Shown here in pieces: positions 35,920 to 47,677 of a DNA stretch of 64,000 nt. The notes beneath the pieces were generated by a model. That model did not search any database, had not been told where the DNA came from, and worked only from the letters and a program-made list of their open reading frames with translations. The position numbers and the translations under genes were made by a program. Position 1 is the first letter of the stretch; every line of letters starts with the position of its first letter. This DNA comes from Squalus acanthias (lineage: Eukaryota), in the NCBI GenBank assembly GCA_030390025.1, contig CM059434.1, forward strand, positions 15,438,001 to 15,502,000. The letters are read 5' to 3'.

Positions 35920-37888
35920 AAAAGCGGTAGCCCTGAGGATTGGGAGCAGTTTAGGATTCAACAAAGGAGGACAAAGGGATTAATTAAGAAGGGGAAAATA
36001 GAATATGAAAGTAAGCTTGCAGGGAATATAAAAACTGACTAAGAGCTTTTATAGATATGTGAAGAGAAAAAGATTAGTGAAATCAAGTGTAGGTCCCTTG
36101 CAGTCAGAAGCGGGGGAAGTTATAATGGGGAACAAAGAAATGGCAGTCCAATTAAATGCATATTTTGGTTCTGTCTTCACAAAGGAGGACACAAATAACC
36201 TCCCACAGATATTGGAGAACATAGGGTCTGATGAAAGGGAGGAACTGAAAGAAATCAGTATTTGCAGGGAAATGGTGTTGGGGAAATTGACGGGATTGAA
36301 GTCCGATAAATCCCAGGGCCTGATAATCTATATCCTAGGGTACTTAAGGAAGTGGCCCTAGAAATAGTAGATGCATTGCTGATCATCTTCCAACATTCGA
36401 TGGAATCTGGAACTGTACCCATGGATTGGAGGGTAGCTAATGTTACCCCACTATTCAAAAAGGGTGGTAGAGAGAAAGCGGGGAATTACAGACCGGTAAG
36501 CCTGACATCGGTAGTGGGGAAAATGCTAGAGTCCATTATAAAGGATGTAATAGCTGAGCACTTGAAAAACAGTGACAGGATCGGACAAAGTCAACATGGA
36601 TTTACAAAAGGTAAATCGTGCTTGACTAATCTACTGGAATTTTTTGAGGATGTAACTGGGAAAATAGATAAGGGAGAACCAGTAGATGTGGTGTATTTGG
36701 ACTTTCAAAAGGCTTTCGATAAGGTCCCGCATAAGAGATTAGCGTGTAAAGTTAAGGCACATGGGATTGGGGGCAAGGTATTGACTTGGATAGAGAACTG
36801 GTTGGCGGACAGAAAGCAGAGAGTAGGAATTAATGGGTCTTTTTCCGAGTGGCAGGCAGTGACTAGTGGGGTACCGCAGGGTTCGGTCCTTGGATCCCAG
36901 CTGTTCACAATATACATTAATGATCTGGATAAGGGAACTAAATGTAATATCTCCAAGTTTGCAGATGACACAAAGCTGGGTGGGCGTGTGTGCTGCGAGG
37001 AGGATACTGAGAAACTCCAGGATGATTTGGACAGGTTGGGTGAGTGGGCAGAAGCGTGGCAGATGCAATATAACGTGGATAAATGCGAGGTTATCCACTT
37101 TGGTGTTAAAAACAGAAAGGCAGTCTATTATCTGAATGGCAATAGATTGGGAGAAGGGGAAGTGCAACAAGACCTGGGTGTCCTTGTGCACCAGTCGCTG
37201 AAGGTAAGCATGCAGGTGCAGCAGGCGGTGAAGAAGGCAAATGGTATGTTGGCCTTCATAGCGAAAGGGTTTGAGTATAGGAACAGGGATGTCCTGCTGC
37301 AATTGTACAGGGCCTTGGTGAGACCACACCTTGAGTACTGTGTGCAGTTTTGGTTGCCTTATCTGAGGAAGGATGTTCTTGCCATGGAAGGAGTTCAGCG
37401 AAGATTCACAAGGCTGATACCTGGGATGGCAGGAATGACATATGAGGAGAGATTGGGTCGATTGGGCTTATACTCGCTGGAGTATAGAAGAATGAGAGGG
37501 GATCTCATCGAAACATATAAAATTCTGACAGGTCTGGACAAACTAGATGCAGGAAGAATGTTCTCGATGGTCAGAGAGTCCAGACCAGGGGTCATAATCT
37601 AAGGATAAGGGGTAAGCCATTTAGGACAGAAATGAGGAAGAATTTCTTCACCCAGAGAGTGGTGAACCTGTGGACTTCTCTACCACAGAAGGTCGTTGAG
37701 GCCAAGTCATTAAATATATTCAAGAATGAGTTAGATATATTTCTTAAAGCTAAAGGTATCAAGGGATATGGGGAGAAGGCAGGTACAGGTTACTGAGTTT
37801 GGATGATCAGCCATGATCTCATCGAATGGCGGAGCAGGCTCGAGGGGCCGAATGGCCTACTCCTGCTCCTATCTTCTATGTTTCTATG
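35920..37888 (+). mobile_element. Young 5'-truncated CR1 LINE in BAX intron 3
   Basis: 416-aa RT ORF 36352-37602 (GVPQGSVLG, FADD). Nearly identical to 6657-8560 on the opposite strand. tttaaa on both flanks is a likely TSD. Confidence 0.95.
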
Positions 37889-38459
37889 TTTAAAGGCCCT
37901 ATAAAATGCAAGTTGTTGTTTGATCTTGTTAGGAAAGGAAAAAGACAAACAAATTATCATGATTCTTGGCCTAAATTTTCATCCTTGTTTTCCAATCCCT
38001 CCATGGCTTCACCCCTCCCGAGCACTGTAACCTCCTCCAGCCCAACAATCTTCCGAGATCTCTGTGCTTCTCCAATTCTGGCTTCTTGCACAACCCTGAT
38101 TTTAATTGCTCCACCATTGGCGCCAATGTCTTCAGCAGTCTAGGCCCTTTTTTGACCATCATAGCTCACATGCAATTATTGGCTATTTGGGCTATTATGG
38201 AACTTTACCCCAACATTAGTCCACACTTTCAGGAGTGCAGGCAAAGTAGATGAATTATTGTTAATCTTAGTTCAATCTCGCAAGCTCGGACTGCAGTCGC
38301 TTTCAAAACTAACATATGACGTGTTAGCATGTTCAAGGCTACAGAAGCTTAGCAAAAATTCTTCTATGCATGTACTGTTTTTCTTTTAGAGATATTAGAA
38401 AACATTAAACTACAACAGGTAACTAAAATTCTCTTTACTTAAATGTTTTCTGATAACAG

Positions 38460-38595
38460 TGTAATCGAGGCTGTTCCGATTGAAAACATCCAAGAAGTAT
38501 TATACAAAGTGGCTGAGCAGATATTAGTTACTGACGGCTTGAACTGGGGACGAATTGTAACCTTCTTCTATTTTGCTGGCAAACTTGTTTCTAAG
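38460..38595 (+). CDS. BAX: BAX exon 4 (136 nt, BH1)
   Basis: aacag acceptor, AAG|gtaagg donor. DGLNWGRIVTFFYFAGKLVSK. Confidence 0.97.
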
Positions 38596-39069
38596 GTAAG
38601 GTGAAATATCCGGATTATTAGATAAAATGTGCTATATCATATTTGTAGGTGATAAACAAATCTTTAATTTCATTCTGTTTCTGCACCCTACAATGGTCAC
38701 ATTGTTTTTCACTAATAATGGCTGTGTGCAAGACTGTCCAAGCAGAATCAACTTTGAAGCAAAGCGGGTTCCATTCCATCATTTTACTATTTCAATAATT
38801 ATGGAAATAAATATGAACCTGGTTAAAATTAAATCATTTCTGTTTGCATGTTGAGACACCTGCCTCGAATTGTATTCATATTGGTAGAATAAACTGCAAT
38901 TGGGACTGAGCTCCGAACATAACTTAAAGTGATTCTTCTCCCCTGTGCCAACCTGTAGCCTAATGAATAAATTAAGCGATACAGCCCAGAAAGTGCTGTC
39001 ACGACCCTCAGTCCGATGCTGTGCTAAGTTAGTTTGACTTGAGTGCGGTAACGGTTGTGGTGCTACAAG

Positions 39070-39450
39070 ACTAGAGAGGTGGTCTCATTGAAACATACAA
39101 AGTTCTTACAGGGCTTGACAGGGTAGTTGCAGGGAGGATGTTTCCCCTGGCTAGGGAGTCCCGAACCAGGGGTCACAGTCTCAGAATAAGGGGTCGGCCA
39201 TTTAGGACTGAGATGAGGAGAAATTTCTTCACTCAGAGGGTGGTGAATTTTTGGAATTCTCTACCCCAGAGGGCTGTGGAGGCTCAGTCGTTGGGTATAT
39301 TCAAGACAGAGATCGATAGATTTTTGAATATTAAGGGATATGGGGATAGTGCAGGAAAGTGGCGTTGTAGCAGATCAGCCACGATCTTATTGAACGGTGG
39401 AGCAGGCTCGAGGGGCCAAATGGCCTACTCCTGCTCCTATTTTTTATGTA
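39070..39450 (+). mobile_element. CR1 3' fragment
   Basis: LIETYKVLTGLDRV..RRNFFTQRVVNFWNSLP. Confidence 0.9.
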
Positions 39451-39481
39451 ATTGGTCTTAAGTGTCCATAGTATAATCATC

Positions 39482-40550
39482 GGGCCAAAAATTTGGCCCT
39501 TGCCGGGTGAGTACGCACTGTGTACTCACCCGTAAGGCGTCCTGAAGTGCCGGTTTCCTGCATGCACTGCGCATGCGCGGGAAACCGGAACTTCCGGTCT
39601 GGTGAAGGGAGCGGTTCATAGGTGAACCGCGTGCGCGGTAGAGGCTGCGCGCACGCAGCAAACTTAGTTTTTTTTTCAGGTTTCTCCGGGAGGGTAAGTA
39701 CTGAAGAACCTGCGCTGTGGAAGCTACTTCGTTAAATAAATTTAAAACAGAAATAGACCGTTTCCTAGAAGTAAAGGGAATTAGGGGTTACGGGGAGCGG
39801 GCTGGAAATTGGACATGAGTTTGAGTTCGGATCGGTCAAGGCCCTGTGGGTGGCGGAGCGGGCCCAGGGGCCGAGTGGCCTGGTCCTGCTCCTACTTCTT
39901 GTGTTCTTTAGAGTTGAGGTTGGATCAGATCAGCCATAATCTCATTGAATGGCAGAGCAGGCTCGAGGGGCCGATTGGTCTACTCCTGCTCCTATTTCTT
40001 ATGTTCTTATGTTCTTTTAAAAAGGAGGCGCAAGACCCGTTTTCAACAAGGTAAGTGGTTAATTAATTATAATTTAAAAAAATTTTCAACAGGTTTATCT
40101 TTTTTAGATACTTTAAAGAAAGGTAAGTTTATTTTTAGCACTGTTAAAAAGTATTTTAATTTTTTCAAAATTTAAATTTTTGTTTAAAGTAGTTAATTTA
40201 TTTAACTTATACTGTAGTTATTTTATAAATGTGATGGTTTTAAAAAAAAATTATTTTAAGTTTAGCTGTTCTTTTGGGGCCGATTTCAATTCATAGATTT
40301 GACAGGTCTTCCTGTCAAATCTATGAATGAAAGATGGTCTGCTGCCATTGGCTCTCCATGGCCCACGTGATCCCAGGGGACGCATCGCACTAACTACGCC
40401 CCTGGGACACGCAAGCAATGTGCGCCGGCACTTGGAGCAGGTCCAGGAGCTGAAGTTCCCGTGGGCCCAGAGGTCAACGGCAGGTGCGGTAGGTAAGTGC
40501 GCGCGTGATCCTTACCCCCGCGGCAAGCCGGAGAGGCGAATTTCAGGGCC
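39482..40550 (+). mobile_element. Palindrome-rich non-autonomous DNA element, copy A, with nested CR1 tail (about 39711-40016)
   Basis: Termini gggccaaaaattt / aatttcagggcc. GC-rich ends, AT-rich middle, multiple hairpins. Confidence 0.7.
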
Positions 40551-41403
40551 GTTATTTTCCCCCCTGCTGCAAAGTCTTTTGAGGGAGGCAATTTTAACCC
40601 ACTCCACCCATCAGGCACGGAGCGAGCGCGCATTAAAATAGCTGCGCAAAGACTTGCTGCCCTATTCCTGCTGGAATTCGCCCCCCCCCGCCCCCCCCGC
40701 CATCTTAACTAGGCTCTTTTTTCTTTTAGGCGGCCGAGTCATCTGCCTGACTAGGCGGTAGTCTTATTATGTGTGCTAGTCGAGGTCCGACGATGTCATT
40801 AGAACCCCAATGGCATTTTAACGGCCTAGTACTCCGTAAAGCCTACCCAGGAAGAAGAGGAGGCTCTTTGAGGCAAGTCAAAAACTGTCCTTTAATCGGG
40901 CCAGGGAGAGCAGGCAGGCAGGGGGAGGAGGGGGCTTCCGGGCCCCGCAATTTGACTTGCCTGAAGCCTCTTTCTGTCCGTTTTAGACTGGCAGCTAGCT
41001 GGCCAATGGGATGTAACTGAGGCTCGGGAGTTTAAAATAAAAGCCCAGCACTCAAACTAATGTTGTTGGGCGGGTTAGATGCTCGCTTCACCTCCCGCCC
41101 ACCTCCTGAAACCCGCTCACAGTTAGAATTACGTGTAAACATTAGGCAAGAAGAGAGTCAGACTTGGCAATGATACCACCCATGGTTTGCCTGCCAACAC
41201 TCTGTGCTTGTCAATAATAACACAAGGTACTAAAGAGTGGGTTGCGCCTGATGAGCCGTATCCAGCAAAAAATCAACAACTTCAGGAGAGAACGGGAAGG
41301 GAGAACAGGAGGATGGGCGCCCTCCTCTTTGTAGATTTGAAATAATAGATAGAGGGATAAGTAGATAATGTTGCTTTTCATTAATTTTGCCATTCTTTTG
41401 CAG

Positions 41404-41505
41404 GCACTGAAAAATCTGAAAGCAATGATTCAACCTATAATAAATTGGTCTTTAGATTTGATTCAAACCCGTGTTATCCCATGGATCGAGCAACAAGGAG
41501 GATGG
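41404..41505 (+). CDS. BAX: BAX exon 5 (102 nt, BH2)
   Basis: ttctttttgcag-type acceptor ending at 41403, TGG|gtaagt donor. WIEQQGGW. Confidence 0.97.
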
Positions 41506-41882
41506 GTAAGTTAAAATGTTGGGAGTGTTGCAGTGTGGAACCATGGAGGCATAAAGGTTCACAACACACAAGGTGACCGTTCAGCCCATTATCTGTGCCA
41601 GCTCTGTGCCAGCACAATTCAAATTTCCCATAGCCTTGTATTTTCCTCCACTTCAAATACTGTTCTCTTTTTAAAATGGTACAAAAGTTTCTGCCTCAAC
41701 TCCTTCTTGTGGCAAAGGATTCTAACATCTTTTTATTAGAAAAACCTTTTAATCTTTCACTCCCTTTTGTATTTTAAATTGATGGCTCCCCATGACTGAC
41801 TCCCCAACTAAAGGAAATAGGTATTTTCCTATTAATTGTATCAAAAACCTTCATCTGTAATATATTAAACATTAAACATAAT

Positions 41883-42620
41883 GTATTTTCCGATCGGAGG
41901 CTTCCTGAGTGCGGAGGCCTCTGATCTGGAAAAAATCTACGCACTTACCTGAGGGCTCCCGAGGTGCGTACACTTCCGCTCCTGGGCCTCTCCAACTCGA
42001 AATGCGCAGGGCCCACGTATCCCAGAGGTGCAGGCGGTTCGCAAGCGTCCCTGGATCACGTGGGCCATGGGGAGCCAATCAAAGAAGGGAATCTCCCTTC
42101 ATACACTTGACAGATAGACCCGTCAAATATGTGAATGGAGATCACCCCAAAACACTTTAAAACATTAAAAAAAAAAATTTTAAATCACATTTTTAAAATG
42201 AGTTGAAATTACAATAAATTAAATATTTTAAACAAAAATTAATTTTTAAAAAAAAATAATTTTTTTATGGGGCTAAAAATAAACTTACCTTTTTTAAGTA
42301 TTTTTAAATGAGTGGGAAAAAAATTTTTTTTTTTTTTTTCAACCCTTATGCTGGTAAAAGCAGACCTTACTCCTGCTTTTACCAGGCATACGATTTCTAA
42401 GGTTTCTCTGTGGGCGGATGTTTTCCAGAATGCGGAACTGTCCGCCCGCAGAGGCCCTTCTCCAGGGCAGGCGTCCTATCTGTCAAGAGCATTCTTGACA
42501 GATCGGAAATGCCGGTTTTCAGCGCATGCGCTTGGCATGCTTGAAACCGGCATTTCCGATGTCCCTACAGGTGTGTACACAGCGCGTACACACCCGTAGG
42601 CATCGGAATATACGGGCCCC
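41883..42620 (-). mobile_element. Palindrome-rich non-autonomous DNA element, copy C (diverged subfamily)
   Basis: Subterminal IR gtattttccgat / atcggaatatac, gggcccc terminus. Same hairpin order as copy A. Confidence 0.7.
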
Positions 42621-42829
42621 TGTGTATAGTGTGCACTTGCTTGTGTCATTCAACACTTTCCCAGTTAAAACTTTCCTGTTGACTCCTATTGTTATGAACA
42701 ATGTTGTGGGAGATCACTCGGAATACTCAAAATGCTCTTTTAAATTTTCTCTTAGCCTGCTATGTTCCTTAAGTCTTTTCCTCATATCTGAAGTTTTCCA
42801 ACTGTCCGGTAAATCTACAGTGTGTGCTT

Positions 42830-44010
42830 TCTGTGTTAAGAGTACTGCGTTCAGTTCTTGGCGTCGCATCTCAGGAAGGATATATTGTCCTTGGAGGGGG
42901 TGCAGCGCAGATTCACCAGAATAATACCTGGACGAAAAGGGTTAAATTATGAGGATAGGTTGCATAGACTAGGGGCTTGTGTTCCTTTTGAGTATGGAAG
43001 ATTTGAGGGGTGATCTAATTGACATGGCTAAGATGATTAAAGGAGTTGATATGGTAGATATAGAGCAACTATTTCCTCTGGTGGGGGAACCCAGGACAAA
43101 GAGGCATAACTTTTTTTATTCGTTCACTGGATGCGGGCGTCGCTGGCTAGGCCAGCATTTATTGCCCATCCCTAAATGCCCTTGAGAAGGTGCTGGTGAG
43201 CCACCTTCTTGAACCGCTGCAGTCCGTGTGGTGAAGGTACTCCCACAGTGCTGTTAGGGAGGGAGTTCCAGGATTTTGACCCAGTGACGATGAAGGAACG
43301 GCGATATACTTCCAAGTCCGGCTGGTGTGTGACTTGGAGGGGAACTTGGAGGTGATGGAGTTCCCATGCGCCTGCTGCCCTTGTCCTTCTAGGTGGTAGA
43401 GGTCGCGGGTTTGGGAGGTGCTGCCGAAGAATCCTTGGCGAGTTGCTGCAGTGCATCTTGTAGATGGTACACACTGCAGCCACGGTACGCCGGTGGTGGA
43501 GGGAGTGAATGTTTAAGGTGGTGGATGGAGTGCCGATCAAGCGGGCTGCTTTGTCCTGGATGGTGTCGAGCTTCTTGAGTATTGTTGGAGCTGCACTCAA
43601 CCAGGCAAGTGGAGAGTATTCCATCACACTCCTGACTTGTGCCTTGTAGATGGTAGAAAGGCTTTGGGGAGTCAGGAGGTGAGACACTCGTTGCAGAATA
43701 CCCAGCCTCTGACCTGCTCTTATTGCCACAGTATTTATGTGGCTGGTCCAGTTAAGGGTGATGTCAGAAAGCCCTTCTTCACACAAAGGGTAGTGGAAAT
43801 CCCGAACTCTCTCCCCCAAAAAGCTGTTGAGGCTGGGGTCAAATCACAATTTCAAAACTGAGATTGATAGATTTTTGTTAGGTAAGAGTTTAAAGGTTAT
43901 GGAACCAAGACGGGTAGATGGAGTTAAGATGCCAATCAGCCATGACCTCATTGAATGGCGGAACAGGCTTGAGAGGCTAGGTGGCCTACTCTTGTTCCTA
44001 TGTTCTATGG
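42830..44010 (+). mobile_element. CR1 3' fragment split by a minus-strand family-B LINE (about 43113-43752)
   Basis: EYCVQF..LEGVQRRFTR. The nested insert encodes LNWTSHINTVA..IYKAQVRSVMEYSPLAW. Confidence 0.85.
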
Positions 44011-44259
44011 TTTTACTGTGTTTCTGTATAATGGGGCACCCACAACTACAAATGGTACTTTAACTGTGACATAACTAATGTTTTTCTATAAATTTATCAT
44101 TACATTTTTACCCTGTACTCTATGCCCCTATTTATATAACCCAAGTTTTTATAAAATCACAGTTAGAGAAAGTATATGGCAGGGCGCTGCCTTGAGAAGA
44201 TGCAGATTTGGACCCATGATTCTCGCCCTGAAAGAATGCCAATCTTGGCCTGTTTGTCA

Positions 44260-44600
44260 ACAACAACAACTTGCATTTATAAAGCGCCTTTAACATCCTG
44301 AAATGTCCCAAGGCGCTTCACAGGAGCGTTCTTAGACAAAATTTGACACCGAGCCACATGAGGAGATACTAGGACAGGTGACCAAAAGCTTGGTCAAAGA
44401 GGTAGGGTTTAAGAATCATCTTAAAGGAGGATAGGGAGGTTTAAGGGAGGGAATTACAGAGCTTGCGGCCTAGGCAGCTGAAGGCACCGCGCCAATGGTG
44501 GAGTGATGACAATCGGGGATACTGAGGAGCGCAGAGATCTCGGAGGGTTGTCGGGCTGGAGGAGGTTACAGAGCTCGGGTGGGGTGATGCCATGGAGGGG
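44260..44600 (-). mobile_element. L2 3' fragment
   Basis: Begins with (caa)n, the reverse complement of the L2 tail. Confidence 0.85.
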
Positions 44601-44955
44601 CCTTTGAAAGAAGTCGAGCATCTTCGTAAAGGAAAATTTAGACGATGAATCCACCCAGGCTGCCCTTGTGTGCATAGTGTACAAGCAGAAACTTAGGAGG
44701 TGGTCATTTGCCTAGTCTCTCAGCTGGGCCATATATACGTGTAAAGAACATTATTGAAGTATATCATTTAATACAAAAATGTTTTTTCTTTTTTTATGAC
44801 GTTGCTTCCACTCTTGTACATCTTCTGACATTTTTTAATTTTACCTTTAACCGATCCCGCTCGTATTTTGCAATATTAATGCTGATTGCTTTGACATTAT
44901 GTTGTGGGTTTGCAATTATGAATTAATTTGTTCGTTTTTTTTTCTGTTTTTTTAG

Positions 44956-45057
44956 GAGATGATCTTTTCTTATTTTGGAACCCCAACCTGGCAGACCTTT
45001 GCAGTCTTTTCAGCGGGTCTAATTACTAGCGTTTTGGCGTTGATGAGACTGACCTAA
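44956..45057 (+). CDS. BAX: BAX exon 6 (TM anchor and stop)
   Basis: tttttttag acceptor. EMIFSYFGTPTWQTFAVFSAGLITSVLALMRLT*, where SYFGTPTWQT is identical to human. Confidence 0.97.
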   Translation, partial: EMIFSYFGTPTWQTFAVFSAGLITSVLALMRLT

Positions 45058-45354
45058 CGGCACCCTTCCTTAGGTTCAAGCTCTTGACTTTCTCTACGCA
45101 GACTGTAGTCCAGTGGTTTATTCTCCAATTCTCTTGCACCTGAACCTACAAGGAATCTTCTGCACGGATCTGTTATACTTGAAATAGTGGGATTGTTAAT
45201 AATGAACTTTTGTGAAACATTGGACAGTTTTGCATTTATCCTCATTACTTGATTTTGTTTTTAGAATTAGTTTTTATTTGTTTGAAGTGGATTGTTTATC
45301 CAACTTGCTGACTTTTTAAAACTTGTAGCAGATGTTCCTGATAAAACCCTTGCT

Positions 45355-45360
45355 AATAAA
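45355..45360 (+). terminator. Candidate BAX polyadenylation signal
   Basis: First AATAAA after the stop, giving a 3' UTR of about 320 nt. GT-rich sequence at about 45421. Confidence 0.55.
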
Positions 45361-45616
45361 ACAGCAAGTGTTAGTGCTCTCTGTATAACAATGCTGGTGC
45401 CAACAAAAAAAAGTTAAACCGTTGGTTTGGTATCTGAAGAAGCTAGGTTACCTTCAAAAACCAGTTTGATTTATTATACCTTTTTAAGGTCCTCGCCTTA
45501 ATACTTCTGATAGTACAGCAGACCACTTTGTTAAATTTCTACTGATTTTTAAAAATAACTGACCGCTTCACCCACCCTTGAACTGGTCACAGTCAGAGGC
45601 AGTCATGTAGCATTCA

Positions 45617-46280
45617 TTAGGAACAGGAGGAGGCCATTCAGCCCCTCGAGCCTGTTCCGTCATTAAGTTAGATCATGGCTGATCTGTATCTTAACTCCGT
45701 GGTTTCGTAACCCTTAATACCCTCACCTAACACAAAGCTATCGATCTCCGTTTTGAAATTTTCAATTGACCCCCAGCCTCAGGAGCTTTCTTTGGGGGGG
45801 GGGGGGGAGGGAGTTCTAGATTCCCACTACCCTTTGTACGAAAAAGTGCTTCCTGACATCACCGCTGAACGGCCTAGCTCTAATTTTAAGGTTATACCCC
45901 CTTTGTTCTGGACTCTCCCACCAGAGGAAAGAGTTTCTCTCTATCTACCCTATCAAATCCTTTAGTCACTTTAAACACCTCAATTAGATCGCCCCTTAAT
46001 CTTGTACACTCAAGGGAATACAAGCCTAAGTCTATGCAACCTGTCCTCCTAATTTAACCCTTTTAGCCCCTGCATCATTCTGGTGAATCTGCATTGCACC
46101 CCCTCCCATGGGCAATACATCCTTCCTGAGGTGCGGTGTACTCTAAATGGGGTCTAACCAGAAGTTTATATAACTGTAACACAACTTGCACCCCTTCGTA
46201 TTCCAGCCCCCTCTTTCACCCCCCCCCCCCCCCCCCCCGCAGAGATAAAGACCAGCATTCTATTAGACTTTTAAATTCAA
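45617..46280 (-). mobile_element. CR1 3' fragment
   Basis: Reverse-complement CR1 tail and coding end. Confidence 0.8.
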
Positions 46281-46684
46281 TCTATACATGTGTTGGAGCT
46301 CTGCCAGACCCTTCACTCCACAGTGCTGCAAACGAGCAGTGTAACTGGGCTCCCCTTCGCATCACCGTTGAACTGACTAGCAATAGATATTTGTGTTGGG
46401 TTCAGTAAATGGGGAAAATCTTGTGTGTCATTCTTAATATCATCAAAATACATGTTATCTGAGTTGGAAGGTTGGGGGTTCACTGCATGTTTACTTGTCG
46501 GAATTTTATTTCATGTACTGTGGAGAAGCTACACTTTGAATTATGTTCGTGCATTGATTGTAGCGATAGCATTGTTTTTTAAAAATTCTCTATTTGAATT
46601 CAGCAGTGTATACTGTATAATGTAGCATATAAGACTAGAAATTTAGGTCACCTGGAGATTAATTGCAGCATTTAATGTGAGCAA

Positions 46685-47460
46685 CCGTTGCCTCTTCTCC
46701 ATGGGACTGTCCTCAATTGGTTCCACTCCTACCTGTGCCCCTCCACGTTCACCTCCGGAGTACCTGAAGGCCCTGTCCTTTTCCTCTTTTTAAAAAAAAA
46801 AAAATATTTTGCCCCATGGCACCATTGTAGGTTGGCAGCTTCCACGTGTGTATACAATGACACTCCACTCTACTTCAGCTCCCTTGACCTCACAAGCTCC
46901 TCCAGTTGTCAAACTGCGCATGACGTCAAGTTGTACCTGATCCAGAACATCCTCCACTTGAACGCTGGGGGAAAACCAAAGACGTCCTATTCAGCTCCCA
47001 CACAAACTCTGCTGCCTCCCCCACTATGTCCCTTGCTGGGTGCTCACTCGGGTTGAAGCAGACCGTGTTCTGTCTTGGTGTCCTGTTTGACCCCGAGCTC
47101 CGTTTCAAACCTCATACCCTATCCATGACCAAAACCACTCGCTTCCACCACAGCAACATTGCCTGCCTCTGCCTCTACCCCACCCCCACTGCCGCTGAAA
47201 CTTTTATTCATGCTTTTGTTATCTGCTTGTCTTTCTCCCCCCGCCCCCCCCCAATGCCCTTCTTCTGGCTTTCTGACTCCGCCCTGCACAAACCTGCTCT
47301 TGTTCAAAACTCTGCCGCCCGTATCCTTTTCCGTTTAATTGGCATGCCTCTCCTCAACTGGCTTTCTGTCCTCCGCTGCACTGAATTCAGAATCCTTGAC
47401 TTTGCCTACTGATCACTCCTTGGCTTTGCCTCACCTCTCACTATCTCTGCAATCAACGCT
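46685..47460 (+). mobile_element. Old L2 RT fragment
   Basis: VLNWFHSYL..SGVPEGP..LGVLFDPELRF..VQNSAARIL. Confidence 0.7.
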
Positions 47461-47677
47461 CGCCCCAAGTCCCACCACATAGCCTACAATTCTGAGACTG
47501 TAGCTTCTATGCATCAACCCCTGCCCCACGGAACTTACTTTCTCTTATCTCGATTCTATTTATTTCTTCCCTCGTCCACCAACCTCCGCGACTCTTCTGA
47601 CGCCCTCCGCCACTTTAGCCAATTCTAGTCCTTGGCCCTAAGTGTCTCTCGCTCTGACGTTCATTCACTCTACACCT

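Larger units (their letters stand above)
29410..45057 (+). other. BAX: BAX-family pro-apoptotic BCL-2 gene, 6 coding exons, 205 aa
   Basis: Spliced product MASFNGRDGPGEKTPRGRRTPSDSLNETLNRQSGALFRRFVLETIHEEDPQVPLGPEDLGGTENEIEDPTIKEICKSLKKIGDELNRNAELQHVIEAVPIENIQEVLYKVAEQILVTDGLNWGRIVTFFYFAGKLVSKALKNLKAMIQPIINWSLDLIQTRVIPWIEQQGGWEMIFSYFGTPTWQTFAVFSAGLITSVLALMRLT. BH3, BH1, BH2 and TM anchor present. Orthologue versus paralogue not resolved. Confidence 0.93.
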
